Origin: the human T2T-CHM13v2.0 reference genome, Homo sapiens
Length of the DNA stretch: 64,000 nt
Assembly: GCF_009914755.1 (NCBI RefSeq)
Contig: NC_060930.1
Reading direction: 5' to 3' (one strand)
Position numbers and translations under genes: made by a program. Of this stretch, positions 1 to 22,045 are shown in pieces. The notes beneath the pieces are model-generated. The model was not told the DNA's origin and ran no database searches. It worked only from the letters and a program-made list of their open reading frames with translations. How positions within the stretch are numbered: the first letter of the stretch is position 1; every line of letters starts with the position of its first letter.

Positions 1-165
1 CTAGCAGAGAATACTTCAAATGTGCCCAGTATAAAGAAAAGAAAAATGTATGAGGTGATAGGTATTCCAATTACTCTAATTTGATTATTACACATTATAT
101 AAATGTATCAAAACATCACACGTACCCCACAAATATGTACATCTATTAAGCATCGGTAAGAAACA
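1..165 (+). mobile_element. L1MA-type 3' end fragment
   Basis: ...TGAGGTGATAGGTATTCCAATTACTCTAATTTGATTATTACACATTATATAAATGTATCAAAACATCACACGTACCCC, typical L1MA terminus. Confidence 0.75.
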
Positions 166-174
166 ATGGCTGGA

Positions 175-610
<436 letters not shown>

Positions 611-799
611 GCTGAGTCAGATCTTGATTTTTTTATCTAAGCCAATTAAAGTGATCATGACAGGATGGTGATAGACATAGTGAGTAGTCTGTGAGAAGGA
701 AATCATATTTTTGAAGGGATGGCTAATGCTTTAGGTTCAAATTCAGTGTTTAGTGGAAAAATTTTCAAAAAAAGAGAAACCCAAGTCATCTTAACACAG

Positions 800-852
800 T
801 CTCTCTGTCTCTGTCTCTCTCTCTTTCTTTCTGTGTCTTTCTCTCTGTCTCA

Positions 853-896
<44 letters not shown>
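800..896. repeat. (CT)n-rich tract plus (CA)15
   Basis: Direct reading; CA run at 865-894. Confidence 0.95.
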
Positions 897-900
<4 letters not shown>

Positions 901-3113
901 GAGCTTTCAGGCATCCTTGAAGTCGATAAAATTGTGACCCTAATACATTAAGAAAAATGCCCTAAACCAGCCAAGAGTGAAAATAAACATGACTGAGCAA
1001 TAAATTATGATCTCCTTCACTCTCCTTCTACCTCCCACATACTTGCGTTTTGCATGGGGAAAAATACAGTCCATATGGAGGCTTTGGCGTGATCAGGACC
1101 CACCTCCCGCCCTCTGCACACATGCACGCCCTCCCCCAGGTGACTCCAGGCCCGTGCATCCAGGGGCACTGCATAAACATTAGCTGATGCAGATGGAATG
1201 AGCAGATGTCTGCAGTCCCCCCACCCCAGGCTGTGAGGGACAGCCAGTGAGGGTGAAGAGGAGGCGTAGAGGGAAACAGATGCCCTGGTTTCCAGCCCAT
1301 TTTCCTGGTCCTTAAGTGGCAGTGGTAATGGTGGGAAGAAGCGCTCATTCTGACATTTGATGAACCCCCGCCTCCTTGTGCCTTTTTCTATACCATAGCC
1401 CTCAGATCTAGGCAAAATATTGGAGCCAAAGCAGATTGGGGTTCTAATCCTATCCATCCACACGACTAACAAGAAAGCCAGGGCCCAGAGCCTTCAAAAG
1501 ACTTGACCAACCTCATATACTAGCCTATTGCAGAACCAAAAACAGATTCTAAGTCTTCTCCCTTCTAGACCAGTTCTGCTTTTTCGCATTCTCCTGCTCC
1601 CATTGTATGACCCAAGATTAATTATCCAACTTCTCATTAAACAGTATGTGCCAGGCATTGTGGTGGGCATTGGAAACAGTAAGATTCTCCGATAGTGATA
1701 ATAAAATATTTCTCTGAAGATGCAAAAAAAAAAAAAATTATTCTGAGAGATTGTTGCCAGTTAACATCAAACACCTACTACGTGCCAAGTTCAGTACTAT
1801 GTGCCAGAAAAGAATAAAATGGATAAGACACTCTTCCTCCTCTCCTTGGGATTCTCCTGGTTTAGACTAGATTCTACTGAGATGGATAAACAGAGAGGAG
1901 ACTCAGACCATGAATGAACATGGAATAAACACAGATAACAAATAGACATGATTAAATATTTAGATTATGTATTGGCCAGGGGTTAAGTGGATTAATGGAG
2001 TGATGAGTTGGGCAGAGTTATGGGATTTCCATGTTTAGACAGAGTGGATTAGGTCGTCTAGTGTATGGAAATGCAAATCGAAACTGCTATAATCAGCATT
2101 AACACCCTGTATTCATCTCTAGAGGTGCCTTTCTGTCAAAGGGCGGAAGGAGCAGGACAGACAATGTCTCACCATCTTTATGACATCCTAGTGAGTCAGA
2201 GAACCAACACTGTAATTCCCAGGCTCCTGGGGAGGAATCAGATCCAGGGCAGGGAGTGGGAAAGTCAAGAGCCTCTCAAATCTAGTCCTGGCTCCTGTTC
2301 ACCTCCAGTCCAAATGCCTCCCTGGAGCACTTAGGCAATCCAAACAGGCACCAACATGATGATTCATTGTACTACAGCCCTTTTGATCTTTTCCTCAAAG
2401 GAAGAGACATTGTGAGTTACCTTGTAATTATTTCTCAAGTCCTTGAAACATGTCTGGGATTCTGTATAGAGCATAAGTTTCTTAAGGGCAGGGACCCATT
2501 TTGAATGACCCTAGTCACTTTGCAGCATAACCAGGAAGCCCTGAAGATGCGGCAGCTGTTCTCTACTTTCTTGCTGAATGAGCAAATGCTCTAAAGAGAA
2601 GTAACAGAAGAAAAAGATGGTTGTGCCATTGACCAGATGCCGTTCTCGTTGCCCATTCATTTCCTGCCCGCCCTGCACACATCCTGCCCCTAGGAAGCCT
2701 GCTCCTGAAACAAGTCTCTACCCGGTCAGTGATTCATTGAGATGTCCCTGAAATCACTTGCTTGACTCCATGTCAACAGAAAGAAAAAGGGGCTATTCAT
2801 GAATAAGAGTGAGAAGCACCTGAAGATCTTGCTACTTTGTTTTTATGGAGAGGATTCCATAATCATATTTTCATGGGCATCCCACAGTGTTGCTTGCGAA
2901 AAATAAGAGCTTAGGCCTAAGCTCTTGGTTTTGGCTCCAAACGTGAGCTTACTCCCTCCATAACGTTCCTCCCAAACCTGACCCCCATTCACTAGCCAGA
3001 TAAATGGGAAAGCAAAGTGCTGTGCATGTTTTTTTGTTTTTTTTTTTAATTATTAACCTTTTGTTTCTTCATAGCATCCTGTTGCTTGTGTGCTTTTTGG
3101 TTTGGTGGGGGGT

Positions 3114-3389
3114 TTCAGACAGGGTCTCACTCTGTTGCCCAGGCTGGAGTGCAGTGGTGCGATCTCCACTCACTGCAGCCTTGACCTCTAGGGCTCAAGC
3201 AATGCTCCCACCTCAGCCTCCCACATGCCACCATGCCCAGCTAATTTTTTTCTCTTTTTTTTTAGTTTTTTATAAAGACGGGGTCTCCCTATATTGCCCA
3301 GGCTGGTCTGAATTTCCTGGGCTCAAGTGATCCTCCTGCCTCGGCCTCCCAAAGTGCTGAGATTACAGGCGTGAGCCACCATGCTCAGC
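3114..3389 (-). mobile_element. AluJ
   Basis: Antisense Alu with J-type GGGCTCAAG diagnostics. Confidence 0.85.
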
Positions 3390-3574
3390 CCATGTTACTT
3401 CTTCATAGCATCATCGGACGTCTTGTCTGTCATCTAGGCCTCTATCATGGATGAATGCTAATTTACAAAGCAGTTCTAGGAGTGATAAAATCTGGGCATG
3501 GTGGAGTGCGGGGTAGACAGTGGAGAGCGCTGGGTGTGACTCCAGATCCTGATGCTGCATTAGACACATGACAA

Positions 3575-3985
3575 TCTGCATATGTTAAATAGCCTAAATT
3601 AGCCATTCTACGAGGTATTCACATCTCAGAGCATGACGTAACACTCTCCTAATGCGATGGATCCTCACCTGGGCTTCCTGATTCCTGGGAGGTGACAAAG
3701 GTAGTGGTCTGCAAGCTATATATATTTTTTAATTTCTCAAATTAGGAAACCAGGATTTTGTCTCTAATGCCTTCAACTGCCCCACACAACAAATTCTGGT
3801 TATTCCATATAATGAATCCCTAAGGGCCTCTTTAAATTTGACCCTCTTCCCATGGATCCTGTGTTTTAAACAGTCCTATCAATAAAAAAAACAAAAACAA
3901 AACAACAACGAAAGCAGCATCATGTTAAATGCTATAACGATATACAAGTTTTACTTGTCAGCTAAGATAAAGAAATAAATAAGTG
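3575..3985 (+). mobile_element. L1MA-type 3' end, interrupted by the 3642-3915 insertion
   Basis: ATATGTTAAATAGCCTAAATTAGCCATTCTAC... resumes as CATCATGTT...ATATACAAGTTTTACTTGTCAGCTAA with an A-rich end. Confidence 0.65.
3642..3915 (+). other. Short polyadenylated retroposed insertion of unknown origin
   Basis: Unique sequence ending in AATAAA (3881-3886) plus an A-rich tail. It splits an L1 3' end and has a degenerate flanking repeat AGCATGACGTAA / AGCATCATGTTA. Confidence 0.55.
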
Positions 3986-4952
3986 GCATTCTATAATCAT
4001 AATTTAAGAAGAAATATCACAACCTTCTAATGCAACCCTTCTAATTTACAGGTGAGAGAAGCTGAGACCCTGAGATATTAAATAACCTACCTTTCAACCC
4101 AGGCTTTAGTGCCTCACCTCCCAAAGAGGGAACTGTTCTAGTCAATTGCAAAAGTCTATTTCAGCTCCATGCTTTTCACTGCCGCTCCCTTTCCTGTTAC
4201 CTTCTTTTCCACCATAAACTCTGCCTTATGAAATAAGGTGAGGAACCTACCTCCACTTGCTGGGGACTCACTGTTCCAATCTTACCATGAGTTAGGTTCA
4301 GACCAACGCTGCAGATGGTTGCCAGATATGGGCAAATAGGCCCATGGCCTCTCTCCCCACTCCTGCCGCGTCAGTCCTCCCACCACGTCTCTTGTGGGGT
4401 GTCCTTGGTTACCACCCTCCCGGAATCTCACTTGAATCTTGACCCTGAGCCATCTGCTCCACCCACCACTCCTTCAGTTCCTGCCTATTCACCTGCCATT
4501 TCTCCCAGAGAGATGCTGCATCTTCTGCCTTCATCTCTCCTCCAACCCCCTCTGCCCCTACATCTGATTTTTTCCAAAGCACTAACTTGCCTCTGGTTCA
4601 TCCTCTTCGAGGTCTTCAAAATGAGTGTATCTGTTACTTCCCTCGTGTGTTGTTTGCTCAGTAAGTGAGAACTAACACAGAGCCCTGCAGTTCTAAGGGA
4701 GTCTCAATCCTTGAAAAACTGACTTATATATTGCTGCCTTGGTGCGTCTACACAAGAAACTGTTAGTCCAAAATGGCTTTGGCTTTCATTCACTGTAGGA
4801 GAGGGATATTTAAAGGGTAGGTGCTAGAAATTCCTCAAGAGTTAAAATATTCCTTGAAAATACAAACTGGCAGGCTGAATTCATTATTGTGGGTTTTTTT
4901 TTTTCTTTTAAAAGCGGACAAACATTTTTCAATACTCGTGTTATGTGCTTTA

Positions 4953-5364
<412 letters not shown>

Positions 5365-5953
5365 CTAAGCAACAGAGATTTGCATGACTAAGCTTCTACT
5401 GTGCTGACATATGCAAAATCCACAAGCAATCAAATCATTCTTAGTTTGACAATGTTTAAATGAGAAACGGAGCCTTCACCTTGGGTCTGAAGACTTGTGG
5501 GCTCACCTGAGAACTCCATTTCACTCAATTTAATAGCAAGTTTAAAACAGACTTATCTAAATATTAGGTCTCCTTAACTTACAGTGATGTGGGTAGTGAT
5601 TCTAATTATAGGAAGAAACAGTCAGTAGAGATTAGACCAGGGCAATCCAGGCATAATTCACCTGAGATTTGGCACAAGCTGATATTTAAAACTCACCTTT
5701 TACTTGCAAAAAAAAACAGCAACGACTTTTTTATTTTCTGTTAAAATACGCGACCTGATGACAATAACTGAATCCTCAAACATTTAGTCAGTTAAACACT
5801 ACACTGACAGCATCTGTTTTGTTATTTTCTATTACAATTATAGTGGGTCAGGGGTTCTAATGAAATCATTTTCCCCAAAATATCAATTACCGGCCATAAA
5901 ATGGGCTCAGATTTTGAATTTCCTGAATCGGCCCTAATTGCAATTATTTAACC

Positions 5954-6284
<331 letters not shown>

Positions 6285-6771
6285 TAATAAATAATTGAAA
6301 TATGCTGGAAATTGTTAGTTGTGTTTCTTCCAGGGCAGGGGGCTGGGAGGTGAAATCCAAGTGTCCCTGAAACCTCATGTTAGATTTGCATGTCTTGATA
6401 TTAGTGTAGGAAATACAGTTGCTGCTCAGGCCTTGAAAAAGAGTCATAGTGGCCCACTCATACCTGGATTGTTTCACAGGATGAAAACACAGCCAAGCCC
6501 CTAATCTCTCTGGTCCAGCCTGAACTTGAATCTGGACTTCCTTCGTCTACTATTTCCTTGTGTTGTAAAGAAGCTGCTGGCCATTGGATCTGCTTCATTT
6601 CTGGAACTTAGTGTCTTTCCACTTGAGAGGAGTCATTGGCTAGCCACACCTGATACCCATTTCAGAGAGCCGGGCAGAAAACAAAGTGTGTCCTGTAGAT
6701 TGCTGGAGAATGAGCCTGTGCGGCTCCTGTCCTAGCCCTCCCTCCCTACCTCCTTAAGAACAGTAATAGTG

Positions 6772-7058
6772 GGCTGGGCGTGGTGGCTCACTCCTGTAAT
6801 CCCAGCACTTTGGGAGGCTGAAGCTGGTGGATCACGAGGTCAAGAGGTCCAGACCATCCTGGCCAACATAGTAAAACCTCGTCTCTACTAAAAATACAAA
6901 AATTAGCTGGGCGTGGTGGTGCACACCTGTAGTCCCAGCTATTCCAGGGGGCCGAGGCAGGAGAATCACTTGAACCTGGAGGCAGAGGTTGCAGTGAGCC
7001 AAGATCGCACCACTGCACTCCAGTCTGGCGACAGAGCAAGACTCTATCTCAAAAAAAA
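6772..7058 (+). mobile_element. AluS with TSD around TAAGAACAGTAATA
   Basis: Full-length; flanking repeat. Confidence 0.9.
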
Positions 7059-7372
7059 AAAAAAAAAAAAGAAGAAGAATAAGAACAGTAATAATGATGG
7101 GGAGGAAAGTGTTAGTTCCAAGGTTCTGGGATGTGACCGGGTCTCAGGGGGCAGAAAACGGATACTGGTGCTTTAGGAATGGCAGAGACCTGCCCACCCA
7201 GGTTCCCAGTGGTGGCAAGACCTCTGATCGAGGGGTGTAAGCCCACAGGAAGTGAAAGTGCCTACCTTCTCACCAACTTCAAAAGACTTAACAATAAGTC
7301 TTTCAGCAGAGTCTATGAAGGTCTGAGGTAGGTCAGTTTTTAGGAGTGCGTAGGCTTCCGGGCCTCTCACGT

Positions 7373-8091
<719 letters not shown>

Positions 8092-8323
8092 TAGTAATTT
8101 AAAGCTTTAAGGCAGCTATTGCTTAATAGCTTAGTGAGCACGAACCAACCCTCTGCGTGTGGTAGAATCCCCATGGCATCACCACACCCGACCTGTCGAG
8201 CCTCCATCACCGCACCAGCATCTCAACCCAAAGATCATCACGAATGGTTCTTCTGTTACTATCGTGCCTTTATTTTTGGAATAGATGATTGTCTTTTTAA
8301 ATCCTTGTAGAATCATCTTATAA

Positions 8324-10165
<1,842 letters not shown>

Positions 10166-10199
10166 GGGCTCAAGAAGTTGTGGACACTACTAAGTCTTA

Positions 10200-11729
<1,530 letters not shown>

Positions 11730-12736
11730 TAGTTTCAGTCTTTATTGCCTTTCACACTCAGTTTTACTTTGTCTGAGTAGAGTGATGAGTAGAGGGAATC
11801 CCAATCCCTTTCATACTTCTCTTCCCATCAGTTAGCAATCCATTTTCTGGCAAACTTTCAGGTCCTTTCCATTTTAGTGAGGCTGTAAGCGAAATAATAA
11901 TAATAATAATTTTTTAAAAAACCTTACTCACCTAGGTACCATTAATTCTTCTAAGATGGTAAATTGGGCCAAGATCGAGTCACAATAAAATTTTGTCATT
12001 CTTCTACGATGGAGTGCTGGGCCATCTCTTGATCACATTGGATGTTAACTAGATGACCTCTTGTAGTGCTTGGAAAAATACTCAGAAAGTACGCATTTAG
12101 ATTGTAGTTTACCCTGCAAGCGTGTACATCATCTCTCCACAATTCAGTGACACCTCATCAGTCCTCTACATGGGGCGCCTATCCCACAGCTATTCAGATC
12201 CCACAGAGAACCCAGGTCCCGCTTTTGCTTTCGTTCTGCCTCAGAATCATCTAGCTAAGGAAAACTGCTTTCCAAGTTTGGGTTCAAATCCAGGTCAAAA
12301 TAGTCCCTTTTCCCTCCTCACCATCCCACACCAACCCCTTCCCCAGACCCCCAGTTCTGAGCATACAGAACTAGGCACAGGGTTGAAGGATTGAGTGAAT
12401 AAATGCATGAACAATTGTCCCAGCAGGTTCTGAGGCACTGTGTCAAGTGTGCTAAGACACAGGCCATCTGCTTTGTATCTTGACACCACGGAGTGTTTGT
12501 TTTAGTCATTTCTCCTTGCTCCCCTGAATCTCCCAAGCCCCAGCATATTTACAGCCGTTCAATAATAACTTCTTAGCCAGGGAATTCAAGATGAGTGGCA
12601 ATAATTAACAGTCCTATGAACGTATGTCTATGGATGAGGGGAGAGAATTCCAAAGGTAAAAACAGCACTTGGGTGGACTTACCCTACAGACATTGCTTAT
12701 CGGATTGGCTGCATGCTCCTAGAATGGCGGGAATGA

Positions 12737-12903
12737 CTGTGGTCCATGAACTGTCAGTGTCAACATTCATCCAGGAACTTGTGAGGAATGCAGAATCTTG
12801 GGTCCCTCCCCAGACCTACTAAATCAGGATCTGCCTCCTAACAAAATCTCAAGGTGATGAGATTGCTGCTTGTCTAGGGACTATGCTTTGAGAAGCAAGA
12901 CTG
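12737..12903. mobile_element. MER5-type hAT DNA transposon
   Basis: GGAACTTGTGAGGAATGCAGAATCTTGGG...CCCCAGACCTACTAAATCAGGATCTGC...TTTGAGAAGCA. Confidence 0.75.
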
Positions 12904-13157
12904 TACATTACCCATCATCACCTAAAGAGGTCACACATGGTCACACCTCCGAAGCTTGGCTCATGCTATTCCTTCTCCTTACAATATCCTTCCCCATCTT
13001 CTCTCCATGAATTCTACATTATTTCAGTTCCTACATGGAAATCATCAGAGCACCCATTTTAGCACTTAACGAAGAGAATGGCTTGCTTACCTGGACTCTA
13101 CCTAAGCATTCCTAATTACCTCGAATTGTAATTACCATAGTTGTTAATATGGACTGG

Positions 13158-13524
13158 AGCTTGGGCTACATAGTGAGCCCCCATCTCTACATAAAATTAA
13201 AAAATTAGCCAGTATGAGCCAGGCGCGGTGGCTTACGCCTGTAATCCCAGCACTTTGGAAGGCTGAAGCGTGCAGATCACGAGGTCAAGAGATCGAGACC
13301 ATCCTGGCCAACATGGTGAAACCCAGGCTCTACTAAAAATACAAAAAATTAGCTGGGCATGGTGGTGTGCGCCTGTAGTCCCAGCTACTCGGGAAGCTGA
13401 GGCAGGAGAATCACTTGAACCTGGGAGACGAGGTTGCAGCGAGCCAAGATCACGCCACTCCACTCCAGCCTGGCAATGGAGTGAGACTCTTTTGAAAGAA
13501 AGAAAGGAAGAGAGGAAAAAAGAA

Positions 13525-13564
<40 letters not shown>

Positions 13565-14330
13565 GAAAGAAAGAAAGAAAGAAAGAAAGAAAGGAAGGAA
13601 GGAAGGAAGGAAGGAAGGAAGGAAGGAAGGAAGGAAGGAAGAAAGAAAGAAACAAAGAAGGAAAGAGAAAGGAAGAAAGGAAGAAAGGAAGAAAAGAAAG
13701 AAAAAGAAAGAGAAAGAAAGAAAGAGAAAGAAAGAAAAGAAAGAAAAAGAAAGAAAGAGAGGAAGAAAGAAAGAAAAAATTAGCCAGTATGGTGGCATGC
13801 ACCTGTACTCCCAGCTACTCAGGAGGCTGAGGTGGGAGGATTGATTGAGCCCTGGAGTTGGAGGCTGCAATGAGCCGTGGTCACACCACTACCTCTAGCC
13901 TAGAAAGCAGTGTGAGACCCTGTCTCAAAATATATATTTTTGAGCAACAAGGTCTTCCTCTGTTGCCCAGGCTGGAGTGCAGTTGCACAATCATGACTCA
14001 TGGAAGCCTCCCAGGTTCAAATGATCCTCCCACCTCAGGCTCACACCTATACTCCCAGAACTTTGGGAGGCTGAGGAGGGAGGATTGCTTGAGCCCAGGA
14101 GTTGGAGACCACTCTGGGCAACATTATAAGACCCTGTCTCTACAAAAAAATAATAATTATGAAAATTAGCCAGGCATAGTGGCGCATGCTGACAGTCCCA
14201 GCTAGTCAGGAGCCTGAGGCAGAAGGATCACTTGAGCCTGGGAGGCTACAGTGAGCCGTGATAGTGCCACTGCACTCCAGCCTGGGCAACAGAGCGAGGC
14301 TTTGTGTCAAAAAACAAAACAAAACAAGCA
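13158..14330. mobile_element. Nested Alu cluster: AluS inserted in the linker of an AluJ, then an inverted right arm and another AluJ(+)
   Basis: 18-bp TSD AAAAAATTAGCCAGTATG at 13199-13216 and 13774-13791. Confidence 0.88.
13495..13779 (+). repeat. Polypurine (GAAA)n/(GGAA)12 tract expanded from an Alu tail
   Basis: About 285 bp almost purely A/G; 12 uninterrupted GGAA at 13593-13640. Confidence 0.95.
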
Positions 14331-14602
14331 AACTATATATATATTTAAATATATTTCTCCTGTAGGACTGAGTTGTTCAACAGTAGAGAGAGATTATGTT
14401 TCTTCATTGTCCAGAACATAATATGTGCTCAATAAATGCTCATTCAGTGAACATTGGCACTGTATGCTCTTTGTCATTTCTATGTTCTATAGGTTCCAGA
14501 AAAAGCCACGTCATTTATAAGACATCCCACTAAATTTTAAATTACGCCCCATTCATCATACAGCAAACACCTATGTGCTTGCTGAATGAAAACCCATCTT
14601 GT

Positions 14603-14719
14603 GGCCGGGCACGGTGGCTCAAGCCTGTAATCCCAGCGCTTTGGGAGGCCGAGGCAGGCGGATCATGAGGTCAGGAGATGGAGACCATCCTGGCTAACAC
14701 GGTGAAAAAAAAAAAAAAA
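14603..14719 (+). mobile_element. 3'-truncated AluY left-arm piece ending in an A-run
   Basis: GGAGATGGAGACCATCCTGGCTAACACGGTG followed directly by an A-run. Confidence 0.8.
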
Positions 14720-15321
14720 GTCCCAACAAAATAAAATCCCAACAAAACAAAACGTAAGCTCACACCAGTTCATCTCCTCATGAAGTATAACCTCTAATGC
14801 AGTATCACGCTCATTTTCCATGACTTACCTGTTATGAGCACACATTATTCCATTATTAAACACTAAAGGAAACAAAGGACCTACTAGGCAAGAAGAGTTT
14901 TCAGACTGTTAAGTGGCTGGAAGGTTGCCTGGTCCTTGCGCCCGTTAAAAGACTGCACAAAAAGTCAGCACGTCCTAACTGCATTGCAGGGTTTCTATTA
15001 ACTCTCAGCCCTGTAGGATTTGTCATCCAGTCATAAATGGACCCCATTTTTCTGACAATGGGAAAGAAGCAGCAGTTGTAATATGGATGGCTGTTATTCC
15101 TATTACCTTCTATTAAGAGGCACTTTCTTTCTTACTGGATCTCAAACCCAGCAGATTTCTCCTCATCTTGTATTTTGAGTGTAGAAGGAAGAAGAAGCTG
15201 TGAGAATGTGCTGGTGATGTCACAAAAGGGTAAAGAGGAAGCACAATCTAATTTCTCCCCCACTTTTTTCCTTTTTAAGAATGTAGTTTGATATTTATTT
15301 AATTTAAAAAGCCTCTGGTCA

Positions 15322-15760
<439 letters not shown>

Positions 15761-15780
15761 TCAAAAAAAAAAAAAAAAAA

Positions 15781-15978
15781 GTTTCTGTACAGTGTAACAA
15801 ATGCAATTTTTACAAATCTGTTTTGAAAACATGGTGGCTGTTGATTTGGGTTTCATACTCTTAACAACTTCATCCACCAGTTTTTTTAGCTTCCTAATGT
15901 CTTGTAACCGCTCAGCTCACACAGTTCTGAAGTTTAGCTCCAGTCAGCTCACTTCCAGTGATGACTGGATGGAGTCCT
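15781..15978 (-). mobile_element. Possible decayed hAT/Charlie transposase fragment
   Basis: Minus-strand translation ERLQDIRKLKKLVDEVVKSMKPKSTATMFSKQICKN loosely resembles the Charlie/ZBED5-type 'L..V.DEVVK....K.......F..LC' block; weak. Confidence 0.3.
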
Positions 15979-16277
15979 ATTTTTTTTTTTTTTTGAGACG
16001 GAGTTTCGCTATTGTTGCCCAGGCAGTAGTGCAACGGCTCGATCTCGGCTCACTGCCTCCTCTGCCTCCTGGGTTCAAGTGATTCCTCTGCCTCAGCCTC
16101 TCAAGTAGCTGAGATTACAGGCAAGCGCCACCATGCCCAGCTAATTCTTGTATTTTTAGTAGAGACAGGGTTTCACCATGTTGGCCAGGCTGGTCTCAAA
16201 CTCCTGACCTCAGGTGATCCACCCACCTCGGCCTCCCAAAGTGCTGGGATTACAGGCGTGAACCACCACACCAGGCC

Positions 16278-16697
<420 letters not shown>

Positions 16698-17330
16698 TGA
16701 GTAGCTGGGATTACAGGCATGTGTCACCACGCCCGGCTGATTTTGTATTTTTAGTAAAGATGGGGTTTCACCGTGTTGCCCAGGCTGATCTCGAACTCCT
16801 GACCTCAGGTAATCCGCCCACCTCAGCCTCCCAAAGTGCTGGGATTACAGGCGTGAGCCACTGCGCCGAGCCATTATTATTTTATTTTATTTTATTATTG
16901 TTATTTTTTTTTATAGAGACTGGGTCTCACTATATTGCCAAGGCTGGTCTCAAACTCCTGGGCTCGAGCGATCCTTCCTCCTCGGCCTCCCCAAGTGCTG
17001 GGATTACAGGTGTGAGCTGTCACTCCCGGCCTTTAATTTCTCCCCTTTTCTAAAAACCCCAATTAACTACCTAAAAATGTAAGAAAAAATGAAAAGTTTG
17101 TCTAACAGCAGGTTCCAAATTTACAGTGAGTGATAAGACAAGACTGGCCATGGAGGTAGGCGTTCTAAATTTAGCTCCACGCTACCTCCTCGCACAGGCA
17201 GGGAGCAAGTCAGTCCTCCTCTGTGCCCAGGTCTCTTTGCCTGTCCCACGCAGGCAGCATCTGCCCTATCTCCAGGGCCTTGGCTGGACAAAACAGATCA
17301 CAGATGCAAAACTATTTCATATACTGTAAG

Positions 17331-17505
17331 TCAGGGCTTCTTATTCAGGGGTCCATGGCCCCTCAACCCTTGGCCTTGGCCTCAGGATTTTAACAAACAT
17401 CCAGACACTATCTTATTGAAGCTGGTGTGTATATGTACATGTGCTTTTTTCTGGGGAGAGAGTCTATAGCTTTCTTCAGATTTTCAAAGGAGTCTATGAT
17501 CCAAA
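17331..17505. mobile_element. MER103-like hAT-Charlie fragment
   Basis: CAGGGCTTCTTA...GGGGTCCATGG...TTTTTCTGGGGAGAGAGTCTATAGCTTTC...CAGATTTTCAAAGG. Confidence 0.65.
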
Positions 17506-18417
17506 TTACTATCCTGCTCCTCTTTTCTCTGTTATTAATTTCCGAGTGTTTACTGAGCCTTCACCAGGGGATCTGTTATTAATGATGTGGCTAACTTCCA
17601 CTTCTCTTCTAACCTTGGAGCCGTCAAGGAAGGTTTACAGGGTTTATATTGGTTTGGATTTCACTTTAGAGGAGGGAGGGGGTGAAGATCACGTCCCCAG
17701 AGATGCCTGAGGAGCATTACCTCATCTCTGGGGAAAGCTAAGCCCAGGAGCTCTCCCACAGGGCCCCGTCAGGGCAGAGCATGAGGCTGTTGGGCCTGTT
17801 CTAAGTCGTGTTCTGGGGTTTTCTACTCCGGCAACACCTAACATATGGCATGTGCACTGATGCTTATGAAAACAGTGATTCATTCTTAATCCTTTAAAAA
17901 AAAAAAGTCAACCCTATGTGGCCTTGGCTCTCCTCCCTGAATGCCCTTCTGTTCTCCAGAATGTCTGTGTTGTCACCTGCCTCAGCCTTGTGTCGTGCGC
18001 TCTGTGACTCTGCCTCTCTGCAGGCCCCCTCCTGCCTTCCATGTCTGTCTCATTCCATCCCCACTGCTCTTTCCTCAGCGTCCTTGTGGTCACTCTGAAG
18101 CTGTGCATCCTCAGCCCTGTGTAGATGGGAAGACCTTTCCTCTCCTTCATTTCCATCCATGCACCTTGCCCAAGTGCCCCTCACCCTCACGCCTCTTCCA
18201 CACTGGGTCTATTCTATGCCTTTATCCTCCTTCCCTAGGCTTCGTCCCTTTAGGGAAAATCTCCAGCTATGGGAAAACCTCCCTAGCTGGGGAGAGGCAG
18301 GAAGTAAGAAGGTGAGGGAAGAGGTAGGAAAAATTGGGGTATGGGCTGAATGAGGGCAGAAGTGGGGGAAGTGGGCTGCAGGGAAAATGACTGAGAATCA
18401 CCGACTTTGCCTCCTGT

Positions 18418-20345
<1,928 letters not shown>

Positions 20346-20759
20346 AAAAAGGCTCCAATATATGGCAGATAGAATTACAGAGAAAAGCCACAGTAGCTAA
20401 TAACCGGCAATGCACTGAAAATAGACAACTGTGCTAAAAAGACCATAGAAACCGAACAATAGTGTACTGCACGATGCTTGCAGAGGAAAGGGATCTAGAG
20501 TTTCAACCCCTAGCAGTAGAAGTGGATTGTTGCAGCAAGTACAGCCTCAGCTGTCATCTGTGCCCTAGGGCAGGGTTCAGTAGGTTAGGCGTTAAGAGAC
20601 AGTGTACCTCATAAGAAGTGGTCAGGTTTCTTTCTGAGTTTCAGTTCTTCATTTATAGAAAGAGGATAGTAACGCACACTGTACACAGATTGTAGAAGAC
20701 TAAAAATAGACCAGTATCAAAAATATTAAAAATTTTGAAAAATTCAAAATAAGATAGAC

Positions 20760-22045
<1,286 letters not shown>

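Noticed and set aside
2527-2724. Possible exon bounded by TTTGCAG and GTCAGT
   Set aside because: Weak polypyrimidine tract, no recognisable coding content, no partner exons; cannot be supported without RNA data.
13233-13870. Phe/Leu/Ser-rich and Lys/Glu/Arg-rich ORFs
   Set aside because: Translation of the GAAA/GGAA tract.
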